A stretch of DNA of 64,000 bases from the human T2T-CHM13v2.0 reference genome, Homo sapiens. A program made the translations under genes and the position numbers. Positions within the stretch are counted from its first letter, which is position 1; each line of letters opens with the position of its first letter. Location: the NCBI RefSeq assembly GCF_009914755.1, contig NC_060948.1; one strand, written 5' to 3'. Under the pieces are notes generated by a model that was given only the letters and a program-made list of their open reading frames with translations, was not told the DNA's origin and searched no databases. Below, in pieces: positions 1 to 16,512 of this stretch.

Positions 1-1263
1 TAGGTTAACATGTTTAACATCTTAATTTATCAATAGATAAATATCCTGGTTTCCAGTAGCTTCAGGGAAAACAAACATTTGAAACATTTCAAATATTCAT
101 TTTTTCATGTGAAATACCATACCCATTGTTGTGTCACTAACACATTGTGTCTCAGTTCGATAAAAGAGAAAAGCAATATTGTCTCATTATTGCTTTCTCC
201 CATTCCTTCACTTGTTGCATTTGCATATTTCCATGCATCCTGCACATGTGCCACAGCACAGCATGTTTTAATTCAATAGAGTCTTCCTTACCTAAATAAT
301 TTACTAAAATTTCAAATCTCACACATGACACATTTTAGAACCAAAAGTTCCAAACAGGAGAAATGTTTAATTCATAAATATTTGTTGCATTCTGTAATTC
401 TTCCATGATCCATTATCTGAACATTAAATTTAAGAAAGCATCTAAATTCTAAAGTACCATGAAATTCTGAAATACCAGGAATACTCATGCACATATTATT
501 TTCAGTGGATCTTAAAAATATTAATAATTCAGCATTTTTTGAACGCATAGCAACTCTGATTCAGACAAGATAAAATGTTTTGAACTCATGTGTTTAGAGA
601 AAACAGGAGGGAAACATCAGCCTCAGTTGAAAGCCAATGTGACATTATCTCTGATTTATAGTTACCAGATGCAAAGATAACTGGGGAAAACTATTTTTTT
701 TTTTGCCTCACTACAGACTTAAGTAATTATACAAACCAGAACTAGTAAGGCACTCACTTTATTAAACCTTTTATTCTTAAGCTTGGGATTTATGGCAGCT
801 GACTTTTCATAGTTGTTATCTGTGGAACACAGAGAGGATGAGATACAATTCCTACCTCATGGAATGGCTGTGAGAATTACACAAGGGAAAATCTGTGAGC
901 CCACAGAAATATCTGCTGTCATGTTTTATTTTATAATTTATCCATTTTATGTTTCTGTCTGCTCATTGGAGACATACGAACACAATTATTTTTCTGATAC
1001 TGGTTAATTGGCTTACCCATATTGAATATCAACATCATTCCTATAATATTGCAGGAAGGCTGTCATCTGTAGAAATCTACTGATGAACATTCTGGAATTT
1101 ACATATTTTATGTAGTACTTTATCATGGCTACAAAAAGCAGTAGTGCTGTAGAAAACTTACAGTTTTGTAGACTTCCTAAAACTTCTGAAAATATGTAAT
1201 TAAAATGGATGAATTGTAAGATTTGCAAATATTACTTATTAAAGATGTTTAAAGAACACTGAT

Positions 1264-1600
1264 ATTTGTCCTATTGCTCTACCTTCTCTTGCTGCCCATC
1301 CCCCAACAGGCCCTGGTGTGTGATGTTTCCCTCCCTGTGTCCATGTGTTCTCATTGTTTAACTCTCGCTTGTGAGAGAGAATACCTAATGCATGCGGGGT
1401 TTAAAATCTAGATGATGGGTTGATAGGTGCAGCAAACTACCATGGCACGTGTAACAAAAATGCATGTTCTGCACATGTATCCCAGAACTTAAAGTAAAAT
1501 AAAAAAAAGAAAATGTGATATAACTTTTTACTCTGCCATTTGCTTGTTTTATGGTTTATTGTATATGAAACAATAAACCTTATAATTTCCTCATAAAAAA
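1264..1600 (+). mobile_element. Short 5'-inverted L1 (older L1PA) 3' end with probable 3' transduction
   Basis: 1264-1380 is the reverse complement of L1 3'UTR. 1381-1510 is the sense L1 3' end (atacctaatgcatgcgggg...cccagaacttaaagtaaaataaaaaaaa). It is followed by about 85 bp of unique sequence with AATAAA (1572) and a second A tract. Candidate TSD aaagaacactgat (1251-1263) / aaagaacacagat (1599-1611). Confidence 0.8.
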
Positions 1601-3888
1601 AGAACACAGATTTTATTTTACAGCAAACTGGAGTACAGCTTTACACATACCAAGAATGCTAAAGAATAGGCTAGACATTACATTTTTTATTTAAAAGTAA
1701 CCCCTCCTTTTTACAACTGATTAAGGGATTGGTTACCTTCTCTAAATCATTTTCAGCCAAGGAAGCAGATGGTGTCTTTGCCTTATCTATAAGAGTTTCT
1801 TCTGCTGTTGTCTATAAGCTGCTAAATTTCTTTTAGGAAATCTTCCTTGCCTTGTCTCATGGTGACATGTTCTGGGATGTCATATTTATAGAAATGACAA
1901 TTAAAACCAGTTTTGTAAAACTCTTCCTTTCTACTCATCTTAAGTACTATGTCTTCATTAGCATTGTTTCCTCAGAGCTTTGCATTATCCAATATGTCAC
2001 ATAAAATTTTGACCATTTTATCCTTATTATTGTAGGAATGAAACAATATCTCAAAGAGAAAAGAAAATGTGTGTCTCTTTAGAATTACATACATAGTAAA
2101 AGTATTCTTCAGAAGGAAATTCTAAAGAAGAGAGTGGAGAAAGAAAAAAATAGGGAATTTTAAAACAATACAGAGAATCATTGAACATGAAGTTTGGATG
2201 ATTGAAAAAACAAAAGGGTAAACACTCTTTAGCTCTCCTGACCAAAGAAAAAGTATTAGTGGAGGCATCTTCTGAGAAACAGACAAACCAGTGTTTCATA
2301 AATGAAAAACGATCGAGTTAGAATTCTATTTTGTAGTTTTTAATTTGCTGGGGAGGAGTGTGAACAATGAATATTTGTAGTAGGAAAGGTGTCAATGCAT
2401 GGAACACCCCAGAAAAGTTTGAACCCTTTAAAAATACATCATTAGGATAAGTGGCCTGAGGGCAAGGGATATTACATACAAATACAGTCAGTGATCTCAT
2501 AGTTGCATTTGCAATGCTTGATATTGAAGTTTTTTCTGTAATTTATGTTGAAGAGAAATATGCGGACTTAGGTAACTGTTGGTCCATAATTTTTGAGGAG
2601 GTTTGTCAATGCATTAAGCCAACCAGGTATGGATTATGCCCGTATTTACTTGAAAATAAATTATTATTAATATTAGGTGCAGGACTCTCTTTTACTAAAT
2701 TTATAGTATCATTTAATTTCATACCTTCTTGATTTCACATTGCCCTTTCCAAAAGCACTATCATTTCTGAAACTTAATTGCACAGAAAGTAAGTCCAATA
2801 GATGTCAGAAAATAACACTCAAAAAGTTCTGTGACCCCCATAAGCTCACTAAAAATTTAATAACACAAATATATTTGAATTTCCCAAATATTAAAAAGAG
2901 AAGGATGGGTGGATCTACTGAATAATAATGTATCTAGGGAAAGAAGAATGGTTCAAAATGAACCCTGTCCTAATTTTCATCAAAAGTTTTATGTTTTAAG
3001 ATTTTCTTTCTTTGAAGAAGAAATCTATCTCCGCATAAGAAGCTATATATCTTGCTTTTTATTAATCCCATTATACCATGCCTGTGAAGACAAAATAAGT
3101 CTTAGACCAAAAGGGGGCATATGAAAGAGAAACAGCATAGTTTATTTTCATGCTTTATTTCTCTAGAAATGAGCTCTGCAGATGCCTTTGGTTCATCTCA
3201 AAATATAAATCCAAAGAAATATATCACTTTAATGTAACTGTGGCTTCTATTCTGAATTTTTTTCCCTAAAACTTGGGGCAGAAATCAGCAATTATCTGAA
3301 CTGTCAAGGCTTTGCCTGTTTGTTCTTTTAAGTTAGAAATCTTCACTTTGAATGCATGGTTATAAAAAAAAGAAGATTCCCCTGGCTCCTCCTTCCTGTT
3401 TTATTTTTAATTATTTTAGTGAAACCATCTATGGCAGGTGATTGATTAAAAAAACCGTGTAGATGCTTTTTCCCTACTAGGTTCTTATTAATTCTCAGTA
3501 AAATGTTGATCTCTTCTTGAATTCCTGAGATATTTATGCTTTTTGAAAACATCTAAATTGATGTGTTCCATTTATATTCTGTGCAGAATTATTTCTTGTA
3601 TGCTTAATTCTTTGTCCCTAAAACATTCAGACTTTCATTTCCCACTTTACACTTTACATAGAAAAATGTGTAATCTGCCTTTAATGGAATTCAGTAACAG
3701 TAGCCTAAATCAATTTGAATCCATTGCAAAATTTAGTTTCTAAGATTGTTTTATGTCCATCTACCATTTCTGAATTGAGAACACATCATAGTTTACAGAA
3801 TAAATATATATGACAAGAAGTACATTGTATCTATTACTTGCTCATAATGTTTATATTCATATTGTTGTTGTGCTGGTATTTAATAGTC

Positions 3889-3921
3889 TCACACACACAC
3901 ACACACACTATATATATATAT

Positions 3922-4000
<79 letters not shown>

Positions 4001-4016
4001 AATATATATATATATA
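3889..4016. repeat. Compound (CA)n-(TA)n microsatellite with TAAA interruptions
   Basis: Read directly from the sequence. Confidence 0.98.
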
Positions 4017-5622
4017 CCTGATTAAGTGAATTTATTTCAAATAATGTCCCTTTCTGACATTTAGACATTAAATTGATACACACTATACAATTGTTTTATT
4101 TCAAGTCAATTGATAAAGCAAGCCTTCAGATAATTCATGTCTTTCTGCATCTTGTGAAAATGAAGAATACATTAAAGTTGTATATGAAATTAAAGAAGTT
4201 CCATCTAAAGAAAGAATGCAATATTTATAACCATTACTGGGGAACAAAATGTACTGGATATCATTTTAAAACAGCTAGTGACATGTTGCAAATGTAAATA
4301 CTAGTAAGATGCTCTTTTGTTAGGTGCTAAATTGAATCTTCAAAACTCATATAGGGAGATATATTACAAGACTGTTTTTCCATCTTTTTGAAGAAAAATT
4401 CCGAACATTGTCTATGGTGCAACAATTTTGCTGCTACACAAAGTAAATTACATGTTTTCTTTTCTTTTGTTTCCTTGCAAATTAAATTCTCATAATTTTA
4501 CTCCAGTGGAAGCAAATTCATACAGGTTCAGGCAAATGTTATTAGCACCACAGGCTCCATAAGAAAAACTTGAATTTGCTTTCTAATTTCTCCATTTTAT
4601 TGTTTTATTTCACTGAAATTCCAGCTGAATTGGGAACTCTTTTCCCTGTATGACTCACCTCTTCAGGATATTTTCTTCTGTGCAGAACAGAAAAGTGCGC
4701 TTCTTTACGGTGTGTATTAATCCATTTTTTCCTGGATACTTCTTAAGGGCATGTAACAAAAGGAACCCCTGATAGACACCTATTATGTGCACATAAAAAA
4801 TTAAATAATTAAAAATTAAAGAAACCTGTGTTAATATTCAGTTGGTTTATTATTTTATCACTGCTACATTCACTTTAAACCAAAGCTGGGAACTTACAGA
4901 TACAAATATCAATTTGACAATATTTGATTCCCTTGAATGTAAGTTTCACTCTGTTTTCTAAATTATAAAACACACAAGAAAATCAATCTCACATAACACA
5001 AACACATACACACAACTAAACAAAATACACACATAAAGCTCTCAATCTTGTAAATAATTTTACTGTATGGAAAGAAAAATGCCTAAATACAGAGTGCATC
5101 AGTAAGCATAAAGAAGTTAAATATAATGGCAGATTTAATATAGACTTATTTATATCAACTGTGTCAGAATAATAAACCATCCTATGGGGGAGTAAGTGTG
5201 GATCTATTTTCAGAAATATAGGATATTAGATATGCCGGTGTGATATTGTAGTTACAGAAACTTTATTAGTAAAATCTTCAAATACAACTCTCATTTTATT
5301 CACTTAGATAGATGGCCTTACTCAGGGCATTGTGTGGATTGAGCCTCAAAGCTGCTGACACTGGACTGGGTTTTGTTATTATTCACCAAGGACAGTGGAG
5401 CACAGAATGATAAGGGAGAAAACGCACCTGGAGCCTCTCTTCCAAGTAAAGGGGCTAAGTCATATACATCTTTCCACCGTAGCATCAACAACTAGAGCAC
5501 CTTGTACAAATTTCTTTTTCCTGTTTCACTACCTTTTTGCCTGCCATATTGGTCATGCCTGTACATTGGCCATATGGTTGCCATGGTTTCTTGCTTCTTT
5601 CTTTCCAATGACCAAGACGTGC

Positions 5623-5666
5623 TTCTTTCTTTCTTTCTCTCTTTCTTTCTCTTTTCTCTTTTCTTC

Positions 5667-5725
<59 letters not shown>
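5623..5725. repeat. (TTTC)n tract, probably derived from a retroelement poly(A) tail
   Basis: Read directly; abuts the 3' end of the minus-strand L1. Confidence 0.95.
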
Positions 5726-8712
<2,987 letters not shown>

Positions 8713-9050
8713 AAGACTTGGTAATTTCTAAAGAAAAAAAGGGTTAAACAAACTCAGTTTTTCATTTCTGAGGAGGCCTGAGGAAACGTAAAACCATAGC
8801 AGAAGGGGAACACATGTCTTACTTACATGGTAGCAAGTGAGAGAAAGCGAGTTGTGAGGAGGAATTGTCTAGACACTTGTAAAACCATCACATCTCATGA
8901 GAACTCACTCACTATCATGAGAACAGCATGGGCCACACTGACCCCATGCTTTCATCACCTCACACCAGGTTTCCCCATCAACATGTGGAGATGATAAGCA
9001 TTATGATTCAAGATGAGATTTAGGTGGGGACATAAAGCCTACCGATATCA
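8713..9050. mobile_element. MaLR LTR (THE1D/MSTA-like)
   Basis: gacttggtaatttctaaagaaaa...gaggcctgaggaaac...ctcatgagaactcactcactatcatgagaacagcatgg...gatgagatttaggtggggaca...atatca resembles THE1/MST LTRs. Confidence 0.85.
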
Positions 9051-9239
9051 GGCAAAAAACTGTACATTTTCAGAACAAACTCAGTAGTGCAGATGGAAGG
9101 CAAAAATGGGACTCAATGAATAGCATCAGAATCTGGAAGAGTCTTAGAAGACTTAAAGAAGGAAAATGTCATTATGTTTGGAATCACGTTCATTTCTTTC
9201 ACTAATGTTTACAACATACAGGTCAAATTTTTTATTTTT

Positions 9240-9289
9240 TATTAAAAAAATTTTATTTTTTTATTTTAATTATTATGGGTACATAATTG

Positions 9290-9340
<51 letters not shown>

Positions 9341-9454
9341 ACATGGGATTTTTTGACATAAACACACAATGTGTCAGGATTAAATTGGGGTAATTGTGGT
9401 ATCCCTGAACCCAGAATTTACTATTTCTTTGTATTCAGAAAATTTTAAGTTCAT
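9240..9454 (-). mobile_element. L1MA 3' end, first part, containing (TA)n at 9291-9337; interrupted by HERV-L
   Basis: T-rich tail then atgggtacataattgtcatatat...ggggtaattgtggtatcc...tttctttgtatt; the element resumes at 16513. Confidence 0.75.
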
Positions 9455-10146
9455 TGTATTAGTGAGAGTTCTCTAGAAGAACATATATATGTGTATATAT
9501 GTGTGTCTGTATATATATACACACACATATATATACACATATATACACATATGTGTGTATATATACATACATATGTGTGTATACATACATACATATGTGT
9601 ATATACATACATATGTGTGTGTATATACATACATATATGTGTGTATATATACATACAAATATGTGTGTATATATGTGTATATATAGATATATAGATATCT
9701 ATATAGATATATAGATATACACACACACATATATATATAGAGAGAGAGAGAAAGAGAGAGAGGCAAGTTTATTACCTCTTTACTCGCATGATCACAATGT
9801 CCCACAATAGGCCATCCCCAGGCTGAGGAGTGAGGAGAGCCAGTCCGAGCTCTAAAACTGAAGAACCTGGAGTCTGATGTTTGAGGGCAGGTAGTATCCA
9901 CCACAGGAGAAAAATATAGGCTAGGAGGCTAGGCCAGTCTCTCTTTGCATTTTTCTGCCTGCTTACATTCTAGCCTCACTGGCAGTTGATTAGATGGAGC
10001 CTAGCCAGATTAAGGGTGGGTCTGACTTTCCCAGCCCACTGACTCAAATTTTAATCTCCTTTGGCAGCAACATCACAGAAACAGCCAGGATCAATAATTT
10101 GTATCCTTCCATCTAGTCAAGTTGATACTCAGAATTAACCATCACA
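9455..10146 (-). mobile_element. MLT2A (MLT2A1-like) 3' LTR of HERV-L, with an expanded internal TA/CA/GA microsatellite (9481-9760)
   Basis: Termini tgtattag...taaccatcaca; homologous to 15832-16512; PPT-like sequence adjacent at 10147-10165. Confidence 0.93.
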
Positions 10147-13100
10147 AGTCTACCGTTTGTCAACTTGAACCCATACAAATCTCCTGAGATTATATATAAT
10201 CTTTAAGCAAAGACAAGAATGTCATAATTACACCTAATATAATACAACTATATTTCATACAACCAGAAATGCATCAATCCCCAACCCAAATGTTATTACG
10301 TAAAGTTAACAATACTTAAATGGTGATGTGAAGTCAATAAATCTATGTCACAGGATAAAGGAGAAAGAAAATAAAATGAAGATATTTTAGTAGTACAAGT
10401 ATATACATGCACAAACATGCTTTTAACAAAAGAAAAATACGCTCATGAAAATTACAGTCCTTATTTCTGCAGCTGGTCACGTGGTCGTGGCTGGTATTGA
10501 TGAGTACCTCCTTCTATTACCAATTCTGTATTCCCTTTGCCTTCAGCAAGGACCTCAGCATGTTGTGTTCTTTTTTCCTGGTAGAGTGACTCAAACCTTC
10601 ATTCCTGAAGTGTCTGTGTAATTTGTAGTTCTGCCTGTGTTGGGCTGTTGTAGTTTCCCATTGATCTTATTCACAGGGCATGGTAATGCTATGAGACACC
10701 CTAATAGGTCTCCTGTGTGCCATGGATACTCTTCCTTATCTCCATTGTAGAGTAGTAGACTGATTTCATCTTGATAGTCTGGGTCAATTACCCCGGCCAC
10801 CACAGTATGTCCTGTCTTAGCCTGTTGACTTAAAGGTTGTAGGAGCCCAAAGTGTCCAGGTGGCAATCTTAACTTCCAGTTTAATGGAATTACTGTTGTG
10901 TCCCCTTTCAGGTCGTGGCAGCATTCCTCCCTCTGGAATAAAGACCTCGAGGCAAGCGGAATGTAATATCACGGGAACAGGAAGAAAAAATTTTGCTAGT
11001 GGGTCACTAGACGTGAAGGTGAATGATGACATTTCCACTTCCACCCCTTGATTCCTGGACCTGTGGATTCTGATTTTGGGAGAAAGAGTATCATATATTG
11101 GACACTGATTCAGAAGATACCCAGCCTTCTGAAGAACTTTGGCCCAGCCCTGCAAAGTATTCTCATCTATTTGACAATGTAATTGTGGCTTCAAAAGCCC
11201 ATTCCAGAATTATATTAATCCAGCTGCTTCAGGATAATGGGGAACATGGTAAGACAAGTGAATTCCATGAGCATGAGCCGACTGTCACATGTCTATGCCA
11301 TAAAGTGAATGCCTTGGTCAGAGGCCATGCTGTGTGGAATGCCGTGATAGAAGATAAAGCATTCATTGAGTCCATGGATGGTAGTCTTAGCAGAAGCATT
11401 GTGGGCCAACATATACCTGGGGTGAGTGTCTATTTCAGTGAGGACAAACTTCTGCCCTTTCTATGATGGAAGAAGTCCAATAAAATTAACCTGCCACCAG
11501 AGAACTAGCTGGTCACCCCGAGGAATTGTGCCATATCAAAGGCTCAGTGTTAGTCTCTTCTGCTAGCAAATTGGGCACACATCAGCAGCTATAGCCAGGT
11601 CAGCCTTGGGAGTCAATGTAAGTCTATGTTGTTAAGCCCATGCATAACCTCCATCCCTGCCACCATGGCCACTTTCTTCATGGACAATTGGGCAATGACA
11701 GGGGTGGCTGGGGAAAGAGGCTAAGTGGTGTCCACAGAACAGGTCATCCTATCCACTTGATTATTAAAATCCTCCTCTGTTGAGGTTACCCATTGCTGAG
11801 CTCTCACATGCAATACAAATAACTTCACAGTTTTTGACCACTCAGAGAGGTCCTTCCATATAGGTCTTCCCCAAGTTTCTTTGTCACCAGTTTTCCAATC
11901 ATGCTTCTTCCAAGTACCTGACCATCCAGTCAAACCATTGGCTATAGCCCATGAATCAGTATATAATAGCACTGCAGGCCATTTCTCATTTTATGCAAAG
12001 TGCACAAACAGGGGCAATGCTCAAGGCTCTGCCCTCTGGAAAGATTTCTCTTCAACACTGTCCTTCAGTGATGCCCTGCAGCTGTCCACTTTCAGGTTTT
12101 GCCTGCATAACATGCAGCACCATCTACAAACCAGGCCTTCATCTTCTCTTCCTCTGTCAACTGATCATAGGGAACTCCCCATGAGGCCATCAGTGCAGGC
12201 AGGGGGAGACAAGGCAGGGAGGTAGGAGTGGAGACCATGGTGATTTGAGCCACTTCCTCATGTCACTTACTTGTGCATTGATGAGCTGTTTGAGCCTGAC
12301 TATGTATATTCCACTTTCATTTGATGATAGAATGCTACTGTGCATGACTGATCCACTTTATGGCTACAAGGGTCAGAATGCACCCAGTTCATGATAGGGA
12401 GTTAAGGTCACATGGTGACTTGATCACCTATAGTCAAGTGTTCAATTTACACCAAATCCCAGTAATAGGCCAAAAGCCTTCTCTCAAAAGGAGAGTAGTT
12501 ATCTGCAGACTATGACAAGGCCTTGCTCCAAAATCTGTGGAGCCTCTCTGATTAACCTACAGGGGCCTGCCAGAGATTCCAAGGAGGATACCTGTCTGCC
12601 ACTGATATATAAAGCACCATTGGATCTGCTGGGTCGTATGGTCCAAGTGGGAGAGAAGCTTGTACATCAGCCTGGACTTATTGCAAAGTTTTCTCCTGTT
12701 CTGGACTACACTTAAAACTGGCAGCCTCTCAGGTCACTGGGTACATGTGTTGGAGTAACACACCCAAGTGGAAAAGTCTGTTGTCTCCAAAATCCATGTA
12801 GGATTTTGTAAATCCATGTAGGCTAAATCCATGTAGGCACTAGGCATTGTGCCTCTTTCTTGGTTGTAGAAGGGCCCAAAAGCAATTACTTATCTTTCAC
12901 CTTAGAAGGAATATCTTGACAGTTCCCACACCACTGGACCCCTAGAAATTTTATTGAAATAGAAGTTCCCTGAATTTTAGTCAGATTTGTTTTCCATTCT
13001 CTGGCACACAAATATCTCACCAATAACTCAAGTATGTTTACTACTTCTTACTGGATTCAATCAGCATAATATCATCAATGTAATGGGCCAGTGTAAAATC

Positions 13101-13528
13101 TTGTGGAAGTGAAAACTGATCAAGGTATCGCCAAATAAGATCATGACACAAAGATGAAGAAGGCGAATTGACATGCCCCTGAGTTAGAACAGTAAAGACA
13201 TATTGCTGGCCTTACCAGCTCAAGCAAATTGTTTCTAGTTGCCCTGATGGACAGAAATGGAGAAAAAGACATTTACCAAGTCAATGGCTGCATACTAGGT
13301 ACCAGAAGATGTGTTTATTTGCTGAAGCAATGAAACCACATCTTGTAGAGCAGATGCAATTGGACTCATCACTTGGCTAAGCTTATGATAATCCGCTGTC
13401 ATTCTTTAAGGTCCGTCTGTCATCTACACAAATGAGAGAGTTGAACAGGGAGGTGGTGGGAATCACCACCCCTCTGTCTTTCAAGTCCTTTATGGTGACA
13501 CTAATTTTCACAATGCCTCCAGGGATGC

Positions 13529-13559
<31 letters not shown>

Positions 13560-15831
13560 GGTGTACTATTTTTCTAGGTAAAGACAGCTCTAATGGCTTC
13601 CATTTGGCTTTTCCCACCATGATACTCTTCACCCTGCCAGTCAGGAGGCCAATGTGGGGATTCTGCCACCTGCTAATTATGTCTATGCTAATTATGCATT
13701 CTGGCACTTGGCAAATGACCACAGGATGAGACTGAGGACCCATCAGATCTACTGCAAGTTGGACCTTAGATAAAACTCCATTAATTACATAACGTAAATA
13801 CCCCCTACTTTAACTGGAGAACCACATTGTTGCTTTGGGTCCCCTGGAATCAACAACAGCTCAGAGCTAGCTTGCAGTAGTCTCTGAAATGTCTGATCAT
13901 TTCCTTTTCCCCAATGGATGGTTACCCTGTTAAAAGGCTAGAGGTCTCCTTGGAGTAGGACGGGAGGAAAATTTACAGCCTACATTGTCAGTAATGTAAT
14001 GGGGTCCTTCCTCAAGGGGACCTGGCCTCCCCTTTATTCAAGGGATTCTTGGTCTGTAAACTGGATCAAGACTGGAAATTGATGGAAGGGCTGTGATTCT
14101 CTGTTTTTATAATTCAAATGAGTCTTTTGTCCATTCGATCTAGAATTTTTCTGCTTATACAAGTTAAGTAGGAATCCAGTAATTCAGCTGTATCAAGCAG
14201 AGGAATCCAGTAATTCAGCTTCCTATCAATTTCACTTCAAGGAACACTGTGATTAATCAGCCAATGCCAGAGCTCTACCTGCATCAGACTATTCTAATTG
14301 CTGCTTTGCCTCTGCTGTCCATTACAGAAGCTTCACCCACCTTGCCTTTAATGATTGAGTGCTGCCACTTTCCCCTTACCACCGGAGGATTCAATTATTC
14401 CCATTGTATTTAAATGTTAAATTTAATTGTATTTAATTTTTAAGTTTTGTAGCTGAGTGACTGTGGTTCCCACTGTGAGATCTGTTACACAGAGAAAAGC
14501 AATTACAGGGCTCTTAAAAGATGCCGGTGCTATGCTCACAAATCTATTTCTCAAAGCATTGGTCAAGTGTATACCTTCTGAACTTTCCCAGCTGGGATGA
14601 GGAGGTCTAAAGTGAATAATTCACTCCGCCGTTCCAATCGCCCTGAACATTTTGATCTCTTCCCCTACACTAAATGAAGGGAGATCAGGCATTTCCAGCT
14701 CACACACGGTGGGCCATCTTGTAATTCATATTTCAGCTAACCAAGCAAATAAATTATTAGAACATTTTTTAACTCCCTGAGTTGAAACAGTAAATGCAGT
14801 GTCCCTACTTAGTGGGCACACATCAATAAATTCAGCCAAATCCAACTCTGCATCAGCCCTATCCAACTCTATCTTCCTTCCATTATCCCACACTCTTAAT
14901 ATCCATTCCTATGCCTGATCTCCAGATTTCTGTTTATATAAATTAGAAAACCTAAGCAGTTGTTTTTGATAGTAGGATCTCAACTTTATCTCTAGGGTTC
15001 TGCCAGGACTTTCATCTAGTTACAGGTCTAGAAGCAAACAGAGGTGTTGGGGGTGGTTCCTGGAGAAAATCAACATTCTCTTGCCTGGCAACTGCCTCAG
15101 GAGAAGCCATCATTGTTGCCTCAGGCAGTGCAGGGTTTATCTCCTTAGACAAATGTGGAAAGGCTGTCTGGAAAAAAAGATTCACCTGGGTTTGCAAACT
15201 CAGTGTCCCTAACTTCATCAGGGTCCTCCCACATGTCCCCATTCCAAGTTGAAGGGTCTCATTCTTTTCCAATCAATTCCCTCACTTTAACAACAGACAC
15301 GTTGAAAGGGGTTGTGTGCACCTTTTGTTGCAGGTCAGCCATTTGCATAATAACAGCTTCTGTCTGTTTTTCCACAATTTCAACTCTTTCCCTATGGGAG
15401 ATAAGACTCTCACACAGGTCAATCTTAGCAGACGTGGGGCTTAATATATACTTCTGAAGCTGGGAGATAGAATCCCCAAGTTCATCATTTTTTTTTTTTT
15501 GGCATTTTGTCCACTGAACTTAGGAGCAACCAATCAGCTTCGTTGTGTTCCTTGGTTCTCCACATGTGGTAAAAAGTATTATGTATAGAGTCACTAAACT
15601 CCGTCCCTCTCATGAGTGATGAATAAGTAGTGTCAAATGCATTTATTTTGCATAACTCTCAAAATAGTTCATGCCAAGGACTATCAGTGTTCTACATACA
15701 ATTAGAAGTAGGGTCCTTAGAATTTTTGGGTCTAATTATATGAAGCAACCAACTGCAGAAACCCCCAAATCAACAAAAGAATTCCATTCTTAATATTCTG
15801 TTACTCTAGAACCATTCCTAGTACAAAAATC
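10147..15831 (-). mobile_element. HERV-L internal region (gag-pro-pol-dUTPase, no env), near full length, all ORFs disrupted
   Basis: Minus-strand fragments: gag (EINPALPEA), GPQSHPVVI, RT YIDD (13071-13082), RNase H YTDSWAIANGL, integrase LQGWAKVLQKA, dUTPase PPGHFGLL...AGVIDPDYQDEI. Confidence 0.95.
10591..10930 (-). pseudogene. HERV-L dUTPase remnant
   Basis: PPGHFGLLQPLSQQAKTGHTVVAGVIDPDYQDEISLLL contains the dUTPase motif III (GVIDxDY) and lies downstream of integrase, as is typical of ERV-L. Confidence 0.88.
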
Positions 15832-16512
15832 TGAATTAGTCAGAGTTATCTAAAGGAACAGAATTAATGAGAAATATATATATATATATAAAATGTATAC
15901 ATATATGTAATATATATATAGACACACACACAGTGGAACTCTGTGTTTGTGTATATACACACATATATCTGTATATATTTGTACATATATATGTGTATAT
16001 ATATATATACACACAGACACACATAATGGAACTATACACGCACACACATATATATATATACACACACATATATGTAGAAAAAGAGAGAGGTAAAGATATT
16101 ATTATAGATAGTTTATTAACTATTAACTCATATTTTATTACGTATTAACTCACATGATCATAAGGTCCCACAATAGGCCACCTGCAGGTTATGGAGCAAG
16201 AAGAGCCAGTCTCAGTTCCAAAACTGAAGAAATTGAAGTCCAGTGTTTGAGGACAGGAAGTATCCAGTGTGAGAGAAAGATGTAGGCTGGGAGGTTAGGC
16301 CAGTCTCTCTTTTTAAAATTTTCTGCCTGCTTATATTCTGGCCACACTGGCAGGTGATTAGATTGTGTCTGCCCAGATTAAAGGTGAGTCTGCATTTCCC
16401 AGCCCACTGAATCAAGTGTTAATCTCCTTTGAGAAAACCCTCACAGACACACTCAAGATCAGTACTTGTTTCCTTCCACCCAATCAAGTTGACAATCAGC
16501 ATAACCATCACA
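15832..16512 (-). mobile_element. MLT2A (MLT2A1-like) 5' LTR of HERV-L, with internal microsatellite (15870-16090)
   Basis: Termini tgaattagt...taaccatcaca; paired with 9455-10146. Degenerate 5-bp TSD ttcat (9450-9454) / tccac (16513-16517). Confidence 0.93.

Noticed and set aside
3838-4083. ORFs rich in YI/IY repeats (also 9451-9904 and 15836-16148)
   Set aside because: Translations of TA/CA microsatellites; not coding.
13531-13559. 29-nt poly-T in HERV-L as a retro-insertion tail
   Set aside because: No TSD or attached element; best explained as slippage of a native A-rich run.
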